A DNA stretch of 64,000 nt from an uncultured Oscillospiraceae bacterium. GTDB taxonomy: Bacteria; Bacillota; Clostridia; Oscillospirales; Ruminococcaceae. The stretch is from assembly GCA_964541045.1 (NCBI GenBank), contig CAZIOV010000001.1, forward strand, positions 43,599-107,598. Reading direction: 5' to 3'. The notes beneath the pieces are model-generated. The model made no database searches and had not been told where the DNA came from. It saw only the letters and a program-made list of their open reading frames with translations. Positions 47,089 to 56,287 of this stretch are shown here, in pieces. How positions within the stretch are numbered: position 1 is the first letter of the stretch; every line of letters starts with the position of its first letter. The position numbers and the translations under genes are program-made.

Positions 47089-49710
47089 TTGGCGTTGACC
47101 TATAAAGACATTGATATGTCAAAAGTGTCAAAGGGAATGAAGCAGTATCTTGACATTAAAATGAAATATATGGAAAGCATATTGTTTTTCCGTCTTGGTG
47201 ATTTTTATGAGATGTTTTTTGACGATGCCGTTTTGGTGTCAAAGGAGCTTGAACTCACTCTTACATCAAAGGATTGCAGCCTCAGCGAACGTGCCCCTAT
47301 GTGCGGCATACCTCATCATGCCTGTGACACTTATATTAAAAGACTTATAGACAATGGTCACAGCGTTGCTATCTGCGAACAGCTTGAGGATCCTGCGACT
47401 GCCAAAGACATAGTAAAGCGCGATGTAGTAAAAATAATAACTCCCGGTACGCTTACTGACAGCCAGATGATAAGTACCAGTGAAAATAACTGGCTTGCCT
47501 GTGTGTATCTTGAAGCGTCATCATGCTCCATGTGCTTTGCGGATATTTCAACCGGAGAAGCACACTTATATAGATCGTCCGAAAAGGATCTGCAAAGCTT
47601 TATAATAAACAAGCTGTCAAGATATTCGCCTTCAGAAGTGCTTTGCCAAAAGAAGTTTTCAAAGCTTAAAGAGGCATATACTTTCATAACTGAAAAGCTG
47701 CATGCCAGCGTTAAAAGCCTTGACGATTCTGATTTTGACTACAGAATCCATAAAAATAATGTGTTTAACCAGTTTTCAAACGATTCATTTACGAATCTTG
47801 GTCTTGATGATTCGGATGTAGAAGCCAAGGTAAGTGCCGCTCTGTTTTTGTATATAGAAAAAACTCAATGTGCGAGTGTTGCAAGGTTCTTCTCAATTGT
47901 CCGCCATGTCGATGACAGCATTATGACAATTGGCTATACAGCAAGAAACAATCTTGAGCTTACCAGAACAATAAGAAGCAACTCTAGCAAGGGAACTTTG
48001 CTGTGGGTTCTCGACAAGACGAAGACGGCTATGGGAAAGCGTATGCTTGTTACGTTCATTGGACAGCCTCTTATGAAGCCTGCTGCAATAATAGCTAGGC
48101 TTGACGCTGTTGAGGATCTTGTTTCTGACATTGCCCGCCTGGGAATGCTTCGAGAAAAGCTTTCTGGCGTCTACGATTTAGAGAGACTTATGACAAAGGT
48201 GCTATACAAGACCGTATCTCCGCAGGACTTAAAGTCTCTTTCGTCAACGGCAGAGCTTTTGCCCGGCATTAAAAGTCTGCTGTCGCAATGCAAATCATCA
48301 CTTATTGTTTCTTTGAACGATGAAATCTCAGATCTTGGCGATATTGCAAACTTAATTAACAATTCCATCAGCGACAATCTTCCGACCACTATGAAGGACG
48401 GGGGATATATAAAAGACGGTTTTAACGACGAACTGGACGAACTTAGAAGCATTGCCGAAAACGGCTCTGCGCTGATAGATAAAATAATTGCTGATGAAAA
48501 AGAAAAGACTGGAATAAAGTCGCTTAAAAAAGGATATAACCGTGTATTCGGATATTATATAGAGGTTACAAAGTCGTTTTACGGCCTTGTGCCTACGGAT
48601 CGATACATAAGAAAGCAGACGCTTGCAAACTGCGAAAGATTTATTACAAGCGAGCTTAAGGAAGCAGAGGATACTATAATAAATGCTACCGATAAAATAA
48701 TAGGGCTGGAGGCCGAAATATTTGAGGAAATAAGGGAATACGTTTCAAATGCCCTTGGAGCCGTGCAGAGAACCGCATATGCAATTGCCAATATCGACGC
48801 TTTGGCTTCATTGGCGATAGTAGCCCTTAATAACAATTATGTTAAGCCGGATATTGCTATTGACGGTATAATTGATATCAGAAACGGCCGTCATCCGGTT
48901 GTAGAGCTTATGCTCGAGAATGAGATTTTTGTTCCCAATAACGCCTATCTCGATCTTACCGATAACCGAATGATAATTCTTACTGGGCCTAATATGTCCG
49001 GCAAATCCACATATATGCGTCAGATTGCACTGATAGTTATTATGGCACAGATGGGATCCTTTGTTCCGGCGGATTATGCAAAAATTTCGGTAGTAGATCA
49101 GATTTTTACAAGAGTCGGAGCGTCCGATGATCTTTCAGCCGGACAGTCTACCTTCATGGTGGAAATGAGCGAGGTTGCGGACATCGTCAAGCACGCCACA
49201 AAAAACAGCCTTGTTATTCTGGACGAAGTGGGCAGGGGAACGTCTACATTTGACGGTATAAGCATTGCAAGGAGCGTTGCCGAGCACATAGCAAATCAGC
49301 GAAAAATCGGATGCAAAACCTTGTTCGCAACTCATTATCACGAACTCATCGAACTTGAAAGCGAATGCGAGGGTGTTAAAAACTTCAGTGTTGCGGTAAG
49401 GCGTGGCTCTGACGGAATAAGATTTTTAAGGAAGATTGTACGCGGAGGAGTGGATCAATCCTATGGGCTGGAGGTCGCAAAGCTCGCGGGGCTTCCTGAA
49501 TCCATTCTTAAGCGGGCTAAGCAGATTCTTTGCGAGCTTGAAGCCAAAGCTACTCAGTCACAAGCCAAGCCAAACGATGACGACGGTGAGGTAACTTTTT
49601 CGTTCATTAATGAGATGAACGCGATAGACATGCTAAGAAAGACAAATATTGATGAGCTGAGCGATTCTGAACTCCGAGAGCTTGTTAATGATGTTATGAA
49701 ATATATTTGA
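47089..49710 (+). CDS. mutS: DNA mismatch repair protein MutS
   Basis: MKQYLDIKMKY..ILFFRLGDFYEMFFDDA, Walker A GPNMSGKST, DEVGRGTSTFDG. The TTG at 47089 follows AGGAGTGAG. Confidence 0.95.
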   Translation: MALTYKDIDMSKVSKGMKQYLDIKMKYMESILFFRLGDFYEMFFDDAVLVSKELELTLTSKDCSLSERAPMCGIPHHACDTYIKRLIDNGHSVAICEQLEDPATAKDIVKRDVVKIITPGTLTDSQMISTSENNWLACVYLEASSCSMCFADISTGEAHLYRSSEKDLQSFIINKLSRYSPSEVLCQKKFSKLKEAYTFITEKLHASVKSLDDSDFDYRIHKNNVFNQFSNDSFTNLGLDDSDVEAKVSAALFLYIEKTQCASVARFFSIVRHVDDSIMTIGYTARNNLELTRTIRSNSSKGTLLWVLDKTKTAMGKRMLVTFIGQPLMKPAAIIARLDAVEDLVSDIARLGMLREKLSGVYDLERLMTKVLYKTVSPQDLKSLSSTAELLPGIKSLLSQCKSSLIVSLNDEISDLGDIANLINNSISDNLPTTMKDGGYIKDGFNDELDELRSIAENGSALIDKIIADEKEKTGIKSLKKGYNRVFGYYIEVTKSFYGLVPTDRYIRKQTLANCERFITSELKEAEDTIINATDKIIGLEAEIFEEIREYVSNALGAVQRTAYAIANIDALASLAIVALNNNYVKPDIAIDGIIDIRNGRHPVVELMLENEIFVPNNAYLDLTDNRMIILTGPNMSGKSTYMRQIALIVIMAQMGSFVPADYAKISVVDQIFTRVGASDDLSAGQSTFMVEMSEVADIVKHATKNSLVILDEVGRGTSTFDGISIARSVAEHIANQRKIGCKTLFATHYHELIELESECEGVKNFSVAVRRGSDGIRFLRKIVRGGVDQSYGLEVAKLAGLPESILKRAKQILCELEAKATQSQAKPNDDDGEVTFSFINEMNAIDMLRKTNIDELSDSELRELVNDVMKYI

Positions 49711-49725
49711 TAAGGGTGCTGATAA

Positions 49726-51804
49726 ATGCCGAAAATTCACGTTCTGGATAAAGCTGTTTATGAAATAATAGCTGCAGGTGAGGTTGTTGACAGGCCTGCC
49801 GCTGTTATGAAGGAATTAATTGAGAATGCGTTGGATTCCGGAGCCACAAAGATCACTGCGGAAATAAAAAACGGCGGACGAACTTATATAAGGGTTACTG
49901 ATAACGGCTGTGGCATGAGCCCTGAGGATGTTCCTCTGGCTTTTGTGCGTCATGCTACCAGCAAGGTATCCACTGCGGAGGATCTTAACAGGATATTAAC
50001 ACTTGGCTTCAGAGGAGAGGCATTAGCGGCAATAAGCGCCGTTGCGAAGGTTGAAGTTTTAACCAAGGCAGCTGACTCAGAGGTGGGCTTTCATTATGTA
50101 ATAGAAGGCGCAGATGTGATCGAGTCCTGTGAGATAGGATGCCCCGACGGAACAACATTTATTGTTAAGGATTTATTCTTTAATACGCCTGCAAGACAAA
50201 AATTTATGAGAAAGGACGTTTCCGAGTCGAACTACATTTCGGATATGGTTCAGAAGCTTGCCCTTTCTCACCCTGATGTTTCCTTTAAGTTTATAAGAGA
50301 CAATAGGTCTGATTTTATTACTTCTGGTGACGGTAAGCTTCTTTCCTGTATTTATGTTATTTTGGGAAAGGAGTTTTACAGCAGCTGTATTCCTGTTGAT
50401 AACAGCTATTGCAATATAAAAGTCACCGGCTTTATTTCAAAACCTCTGTTTTCGTTTTCAAACAGGGCAAGTCAGATATTTTTTGTAAACTCTAGATATA
50501 TAAAATCCGTCTGCTGTCAGCATGCGCTTGCAGAGGCATATAATAACAAAATAATGACATCCAGTGTCCCAGAATGCGTTCTTAATATAGAGATTGATCC
50601 TTCATCTATTGACATTAATTGTCATCCTTCTAAGCTAGAGGTTAAGTTCTCCAGCGAACAAAGTGTTTTCAATGCTGTTGTTTTTGCTGTGAAAAATTCG
50701 TTGATGCTTTATGATACTCCTGCTGAAATTAAGCTTGAACCTGTAAATAAGAATACCTTTACATATGATAATGTATATGTTAAGCCGGTTGAGGAAAAAG
50801 CGGTTCAGCTTGAACTGAGCAGTAATACTCCGGTGGTGACAGCAAGCGATTATGAAAATGATGCTGAACTTGGATTGGATGCCAAGACTGTAACCGGCTA
50901 TGAGCTTGACTCTGTGCCAACTGTCACCCCTGAACCGTCTGCCAATAGAATGAGGGCTGTTCTTTTCTCTGAGCCCAGTGTTATTCCAAACCATGATGAA
51001 CGGATGAAACGATGGAACGGCGGTTTAGAGCTGTCCCAGTCCTCAGGCAGTATTTTGGATAATCCTCCGGCAAAGAACAGTGCTGGCAGCTCAAAAGCAA
51101 GCAATGAAAAGCCGGAAAGCCCAAAAAGTGAGAAGAAGAGTGATCTAAACGGATACAGATATATAAGGGATAAATCTTTATCTAAATCGGCAGATGCCAA
51201 GCCGAAAAAGAAGGCAATTCAGGAGGATAAGAACGGCACACTCCCCATGCGCATTTTGGGCGAAGCCTTTAAAACATTTATTATAGCTGAGCGCGGAGAA
51301 GATATAATTTTTATCGATAAGCATGCTGCTCACGAAAGATATATTTACAAGCAAATAAAAAGTCAGCAAACCGATCTTGAATCGCAGATGCTTATTGAAC
51401 CTATAAACGTTCATGTTTCACCGTCGATATATGAGTCTGTTTCCGAAAACCTAAGTATATGCCGCAGGTTGGGCTTAGAGGTAGAGCCGCTTCCGTGCTC
51501 TTTCCTTTCTATTTCAGCTGTTCCTGCAATTGCGGATGACATCAATCCAATAGTAATTGTTGAAAAAATCGGCGAGGCTGTTATTTGCGAAGACTGTGTG
51601 AAAAGCAATCATATATTTGACGATATATATAAGATCATTGCTTGCAAGGCTGCAATAAAGGCACAGAGTGATTCTGATAAGTTAGAACTTGAAAAGATTA
51701 TAGATCTTGTTACCGAGGAGGATTTAAGATATTGCCCGCACGGCCGTCCGATACTTATTAAGCTTAGTAAAAATACTATATACAATATGTTCAAGAGGAG
51801 TTAG
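49726..51804 (+). CDS. mutL: DNA mismatch repair endonuclease MutL
   Basis: IAAGEVVDRPAAVMKELIENALDSGAT, GFRGEAL, C-terminal DKHAAHERY and ACK.A.K motifs. It has a long low-complexity linker. Confidence 0.95.
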   Translation: MPKIHVLDKAVYEIIAAGEVVDRPAAVMKELIENALDSGATKITAEIKNGGRTYIRVTDNGCGMSPEDVPLAFVRHATSKVSTAEDLNRILTLGFRGEALAAISAVAKVEVLTKAADSEVGFHYVIEGADVIESCEIGCPDGTTFIVKDLFFNTPARQKFMRKDVSESNYISDMVQKLALSHPDVSFKFIRDNRSDFITSGDGKLLSCIYVILGKEFYSSCIPVDNSYCNIKVTGFISKPLFSFSNRASQIFFVNSRYIKSVCCQHALAEAYNNKIMTSSVPECVLNIEIDPSSIDINCHPSKLEVKFSSEQSVFNAVVFAVKNSLMLYDTPAEIKLEPVNKNTFTYDNVYVKPVEEKAVQLELSSNTPVVTASDYENDAELGLDAKTVTGYELDSVPTVTPEPSANRMRAVLFSEPSVIPNHDERMKRWNGGLELSQSSGSILDNPPAKNSAGSSKASNEKPESPKSEKKSDLNGYRYIRDKSLSKSADAKPKKKAIQEDKNGTLPMRILGEAFKTFIIAERGEDIIFIDKHAAHERYIYKQIKSQQTDLESQMLIEPINVHVSPSIYESVSENLSICRRLGLEVEPLPCSFLSISAVPAIADDINPIVIVEKIGEAVICEDCVKSNHIFDDIYKIIACKAAIKAQSDSDKLELEKIIDLVTEEDLRYCPHGRPILIKLSKNTIYNMFKRS

Positions 51805-51806
51805 CA

Positions 51807-52748
51807 ATGGAAAAAATCCCCTTGATAGTTGTATGTGGACCCACAGCATCTGGAAAAACCGGCTTGGCAGTTGAATTGGCAAAAATCTACAATTGTGAGG
51901 TAGTATCTGCTGATTCAATGCAGATATATAAGCATATGCAGATAGCTACTGCAAAGCCGACAGAATCTGAAATGCAGGGCATAAAGCACCACCTGATAGA
52001 TTTTGTTGAACCTTGCGAAAGCTTTTCTGTCGCAGATTATGTAAGGCTTGCAAAGGAAAAAATTGAAGATATATATTCGCGTGGCAAACAGCCGCTTTTG
52101 TGCGGCGGAACAGGGCTGTATATATCGTCGCTGGTTGACAACCTGTCTTTTGACAGAACTTGCCCTTCAAGCGAGCTTCGAACACAGCTTTCAGCTATTG
52201 CGGAAAGCAAAGGAGGGGAATACCTGCTTGATATGCTTAGGCAGTTCGATCCAGAAACAGCACAGAAGCTGCATCCAAATAATTTAACAAGGATTATCAG
52301 GGCCATAGAAGTATATAAGACCTCCGGAATAACTATATCGCAGGCGGCAAAGAACAACCGCGGTGAGAGCTTATATAAGCTTTGCATGATAGGAATAAGC
52401 TATTATGACAGGGAAAAGCTCTATTCAAGAATAAACAATCGGGTTGACTGCATGCTTAGTAGCGGTCTTTTGGAAGAGACTGTACATGTTTTTAATTCCG
52501 GAAGCCTTGGGACGTCCTACCAGGCGATAGGATATAAAGAGCTTAAGCCATATTTTATGGGCAAAATAACTTTAGAAGAGTGTGTAGAAAAACTGAAGCT
52601 TGAAACAAGGCACTATGCAAAACGTCAGCTCACATGGTTCAGGCGCGATAAAAGAATCAACTGGATTTACCCTGATTTGCTTGGCGATGGCGGTGTGGTT
52701 AACGAAGCAATAAAAATAATAGAAGCCTCTGAAATACTTATGAATTAA
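51807..52748 (+). CDS. miaA: tRNA dimethylallyltransferase
   Basis: VVCGPTASGKT, SADSMQIYK.M.I.TAKP, GGTGLY, RHYAKRQLTWFR. Confidence 0.95.
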   Translation: MEKIPLIVVCGPTASGKTGLAVELAKIYNCEVVSADSMQIYKHMQIATAKPTESEMQGIKHHLIDFVEPCESFSVADYVRLAKEKIEDIYSRGKQPLLCGGTGLYISSLVDNLSFDRTCPSSELRTQLSAIAESKGGEYLLDMLRQFDPETAQKLHPNNLTRIIRAIEVYKTSGITISQAAKNNRGESLYKLCMIGISYYDREKLYSRINNRVDCMLSSGLLEETVHVFNSGSLGTSYQAIGYKELKPYFMGKITLEECVEKLKLETRHYAKRQLTWFRRDKRINWIYPDLLGDGGVVNEAIKIIEASEILMN

Positions 52749-52813
52749 CGCTTTTTGACAGTATGTGCGTTTGTTCCTTGCGATAATTAATTATATGAAA
52801 GGAGTTTGGCGGC

Positions 52814-54088
52814 GTGAAGCTGAGAAGGCTGAGGGATACTTTGATATACATTCTGATTTTTAGCTGTTTTATAGCAATTATCAGTTCGCAGATATATTTA
52901 TCAATGTCAAAAGAGAGCACGACTGAGGACGCTGTTATGTTCACAACTAAGCAAAGCTTAAGCTTCACCGGCGTCATAGTAAGGGATGAAAAGCTTGTCA
53001 GTTCGCAGGGCGTTCAGGAGGGCGTATTGAACTACTGCGTTTCCGATGGTAGCAGGCTTTCAAAAAGATCTCAGATAGCAAGGGTGTATGACTCCTCTGA
53101 TCAGATATATTACCGATATAAAATCGAGCGGCTTGACGATATGATCGAGACGCTTGAAAAGGCGCAGAACAAGGGGACAACAGAATATGTTCAGCCGGAA
53201 TTTATATCATCGCAGATTGCTGAAGAATATAAAGCAATCCTTGCTGACATTGCAAACGGAAACCTTTCTCAGATGTACGAGGATAAACTTGATATGCTTA
53301 AGCTGATGTGCATATATAATGTAGCATCCAATGCAGAAAGCGATTACAGCGAGAAAATATCAGTACTGCAGGAAGAAAGAAGTCGATATGAGGATGCACT
53401 TGTTAATCCTATTTCGGTTGTGAGTGCGACTGAATCCGGATATTTTACCTCTGTTGTAGATGGCTATGAATCTCAGCTTAGCATAGACGGAATCGGTAAT
53501 TTGACAGTCGAAAAAATTAATGAAATAATCGCTTCCCCAACAAACACGGAATCGATTGAACCTTCTGTTATAGGAAAGGTGTTCAGCGATTATACCTGGA
53601 AGCTCGTAGGAGTTATAAACACTCCGGATAGATATTTTGTCAATCAAAGCTTTAACATCACTTTTTCGTCCATTAATAAAACTTATAAGGGATATGTAGA
53701 AAGTATAAATCTCACTGGCAACGGAAACGAAGCTATAATTGTGATAAGCTGTGAGGAAATGGATGCTGAAATTGCTGCATTGAGAGTTGTTGATGCTGAA
53801 ATTCTTTTCGGCGAGTATACTGGTGTTAAGGCTCCAAGAAGTGCCATTAGATTTCAGGGTTCAGATAAGGGCGTGTACGTTCTTGAAGGCGAAAAAATGA
53901 TATTCAAAAAGCTTAAAGTTATTTATGAGGGCGATAACTATGTTCTTTCAGAGTATACGTCCGACGATGAATATCTTAAGCTTTATGACAGAGTTTTGCT
54001 TGATCCGGTTCCAACAGTGACTGTTTCTGACGAAAATGATGATAAAAATCAGCCGGAAGATACTGAAAACTCTGTTCCAAACGTATAA
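52814..54088 (+). CDS. Membrane-anchored HlyD-like protein of the division-cluster neighbourhood
   Basis: GTG start. Single N-terminal TM helix (IYILIFSCFIAIISSQIY), a coiled-coil middle and a beta-rich C-terminus. It sits upstream of sepF, as in many Clostridia. The family call comes from architecture only. Confidence 0.5.
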   Translation: MKLRRLRDTLIYILIFSCFIAIISSQIYLSMSKESTTEDAVMFTTKQSLSFTGVIVRDEKLVSSQGVQEGVLNYCVSDGSRLSKRSQIARVYDSSDQIYYRYKIERLDDMIETLEKAQNKGTTEYVQPEFISSQIAEEYKAILADIANGNLSQMYEDKLDMLKLMCIYNVASNAESDYSEKISVLQEERSRYEDALVNPISVVSATESGYFTSVVDGYESQLSIDGIGNLTVEKINEIIASPTNTESIEPSVIGKVFSDYTWKLVGVINTPDRYFVNQSFNITFSSINKTYKGYVESINLTGNGNEAIIVISCEEMDAEIAALRVVDAEILFGEYTGVKAPRSAIRFQGSDKGVYVLEGEKMIFKKLKVIYEGDNYVLSEYTSDDEYLKLYDRVLLDPVPTVTVSDENDDKNQPEDTENSVPNV

Positions 54089-54124
54089 AATCAAAGTTTT
54101 AAGAGAGTTTTTTTTCGCTACATC

Positions 54125-54152
54125 TTGACAACTACGCTAAATATAAGATAAT
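54125..54152 (+). promoter_or_regulatory. Sigma-A promoter candidate for sepF-ylmH-divIVA-ileS
   Basis: TTGACA (54125-54130), 16-nt spacer, GATAAT (54147-54152). Confidence 0.5.
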
Positions 54153-54214
54153 ATAGTAGTGTGGATAAGCTTTAAGTTAGTATCTATTTATATATTTTGT
54201 ACGGAGGATTGATT

Positions 54215-54637
54215 ATGAGCTTTTTAGATTCCATTAAGAACTTCATCATTTCTGAAGAAGATGATGAGAACTATCAGCCTTTGGTTGATGAACAGACAGA
54301 AACCGTTGATGTCGCCGAAGAAAGAAGAAACCGTGAGGTTAAGTTTAACACAACCGCAACTGTTCAGATTGTTCTTTCAAGGCCTACTGATTTCTCAGAG
54401 GTCAAGGCAATTGGAGACGATTTGAATCACCAGAAAACAGTTCTGCTGAATCTTGAGCTTGTTAAAGCTGAGGATGCAAAAAGGATTATGGACTTTCTTT
54501 CAGGTGTTGCCTATGCAAACGGTGCTACCATAAAAATGACTGCACAGAAGACTTTTGTGATCATGCCCAAAAATGTCGGATTCAGCGGCGTTGACCTTAT
54601 GAGCGAGCTTGAGTCCGGTGGCTACAGCTTTCAATGA
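54215..54637 (+). CDS. sepF: Cell division protein SepF
   Basis: MSFLDSIKNFI..., VVLSRPTDFSEVKAIGDDLNHQKTVLLNL...AKRIMDFLSGVAYA. GGAGGA RBS. Confidence 0.9.
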   Translation: MSFLDSIKNFIISEEDDENYQPLVDEQTETVDVAEERRNREVKFNTTATVQIVLSRPTDFSEVKAIGDDLNHQKTVLLNLELVKAEDAKRIMDFLSGVAYANGATIKMTAQKTFVIMPKNVGFSGVDLMSELESGGYSFQ

Positions 54638-55392
54638 ACAATGCTAAAATTCTCTCTTCAATCACAGATGAAGAGAGAGTTTTAACACGTCATATTATCG
54701 ATCTAGCAAAGCAGTCAGAGCAGACCGGAAGGGCAAGGTTTTCAAATTTCCTTGATGAGCGTCAGCATGTACTGTGCGAAGCTGTACTAGAAAAAGAAGG
54801 CTATGAAAATTATACCTTTCTTGGCGGGTATGACGCCGCAGTCAGAACAGCAATTGTGTTTCATGGGATCAGGGAGCAAACGCCGTTTACTCCAGTTGTA
54901 TTCAATTACCGACGGTCGGACAAGCTTTCACACCGAGATTTTTTAGGCTCTCTGATGGCTCTTGATATTAAGCGTGAAATGATAGGGGATATCCTTGTGT
55001 CCGAAGGAAGATCTGTGGTTTTCATTATGAACAGCGTTTTACAGACTGTTTCAGATATTACAAAAATCGGTAGGTGCGGTGTTAGGCTAAGTTTAGATTT
55101 TACTCAGAATGTTGTACCTGTTCAGGAATTTGATACAATTTGTGCAACGGTTCAGTCACTGAGGCTGGACTCGGTTCTTTCAAATGCACTAAAAACTTCG
55201 AGGGAAAAGGTGCAGAAACTTATAAGAGCAAAGGGAGTTGTGTTGAACCATATAGAGGTCTTTGAGTCGAGCGCAGAGGTCTGCGAGGGAGACGTTTTTT
55301 CTGTTCGTGGATATGGAAAGTATATTCTCAGCAAAGTGGGTGGAGTCTCAAAGAAGGACAGAACATTTATTACTATAAGCAAGTTTAAATAG
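54634..55392 (+). CDS. ylmH: YlmH-family RNA-binding protein (S4 domain)
   Basis: Position between sepF and divIVA. FLGGYD...ER, C-terminal S4-like RLDSVLSNALKTSREKVQKLIRAKGVVLN. Confidence 0.85.
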   Translation: MNNAKILSSITDEERVLTRHIIDLAKQSEQTGRARFSNFLDERQHVLCEAVLEKEGYENYTFLGGYDAAVRTAIVFHGIREQTPFTPVVFNYRRSDKLSHRDFLGSLMALDIKREMIGDILVSEGRSVVFIMNSVLQTVSDITKIGRCGVRLSLDFTQNVVPVQEFDTICATVQSLRLDSVLSNALKTSREKVQKLIRAKGVVLNHIEVFESSAEVCEGDVFSVRGYGKYILSKVGGVSKKDRTFITISKFK

Positions 55393-55436
55393 CATTTAGC
55401 TTTATAATATATACTGGAAAGAAAAGGAGGATTGGC

Positions 55437-56264
55437 ATGAACCCTAAGGATATTGCTTCAAAAAAATTTGAAAAGGGCTTCGGCTATAAACAAGATGAGG
55501 TTGACGCTTATCTGAAGGAGGTTGCCATTGCATTGGCGACCACTATGAAAGATAAAGAGGAGAACGAGGCCAAAATAGTGAAGCTTGTTGAAAAGATAAA
55601 CGAATACAGAAGTGACGAAGACGCTATAAGAGACGCTTTGCTTGTTGCGCAGAAGCAGGGCAACCGAATTATCGCAGCGGCAAAGGAAGAAGCCGCAAAG
55701 ATAATTTCAGATGCTCAAGTTAAGCGCGATTCGCTTCTTGCTGAGATTTCTAATGACTGTGAGGCTTTGAAGCGCTCTCAGATAGAGAAGATTGCAGTTG
55801 CTATAAAAGAGGAAAACGACAAATATAACGCAGTTGTAGCTGCATCAAAGACGCAGACTGAGCTTCAAACGGATAAGCTTAACAAATTGAAAGTCGAGGT
55901 AAGCGACTTTAAAAAGAAGCTGCTTATAATTCTTGATGAGCAGATAAAGATTGCCAACTCGCTTCCTGAATTGAGCGAAGAGGAAATAAACAAAATTGTA
56001 AGCGGTCAGATCAGGCCTGCCGCTCCGGTTCAGTCTGCGGCTCAAGAGAAAAGGCCGGTTCAGAAGGCAGAGTCGGCAGTAGGCGTTAAACCCATTGATG
56101 CCACAAAGACGGCAGTCTCGCCAGCCGGTGAGGCGCAGAAAACTATGACCAACGATAAGATGAAAAACGTTCCGGCTTTCAGCTTTAGCGACGGACACAG
56201 AAAGCAAGAATTTTCTGCAAGCGAGCTGAAATTCGGTCAGAACCAGAATAACAATAAGAAATAA
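55437..56264 (+). CDS. divIVA: DivIVA-domain protein
   Basis: DIASKKFEKGFGYKQDEVDAYLKEV is the canonical DivIVA N-terminus, followed by a coiled coil. Confidence 0.9.
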   Translation: MNPKDIASKKFEKGFGYKQDEVDAYLKEVAIALATTMKDKEENEAKIVKLVEKINEYRSDEDAIRDALLVAQKQGNRIIAAAKEEAAKIISDAQVKRDSLLAEISNDCEALKRSQIEKIAVAIKEENDKYNAVVAASKTQTELQTDKLNKLKVEVSDFKKKLLIILDEQIKIANSLPELSEEEINKIVSGQIRPAAPVQSAAQEKRPVQKAESAVGVKPIDATKTAVSPAGEAQKTMTNDKMKNVPAFSFSDGHRKQEFSASELKFGQNQNNNKK

Positions 56265-56287
56265 TCAGAATTAGAGGTAACGTAAGT

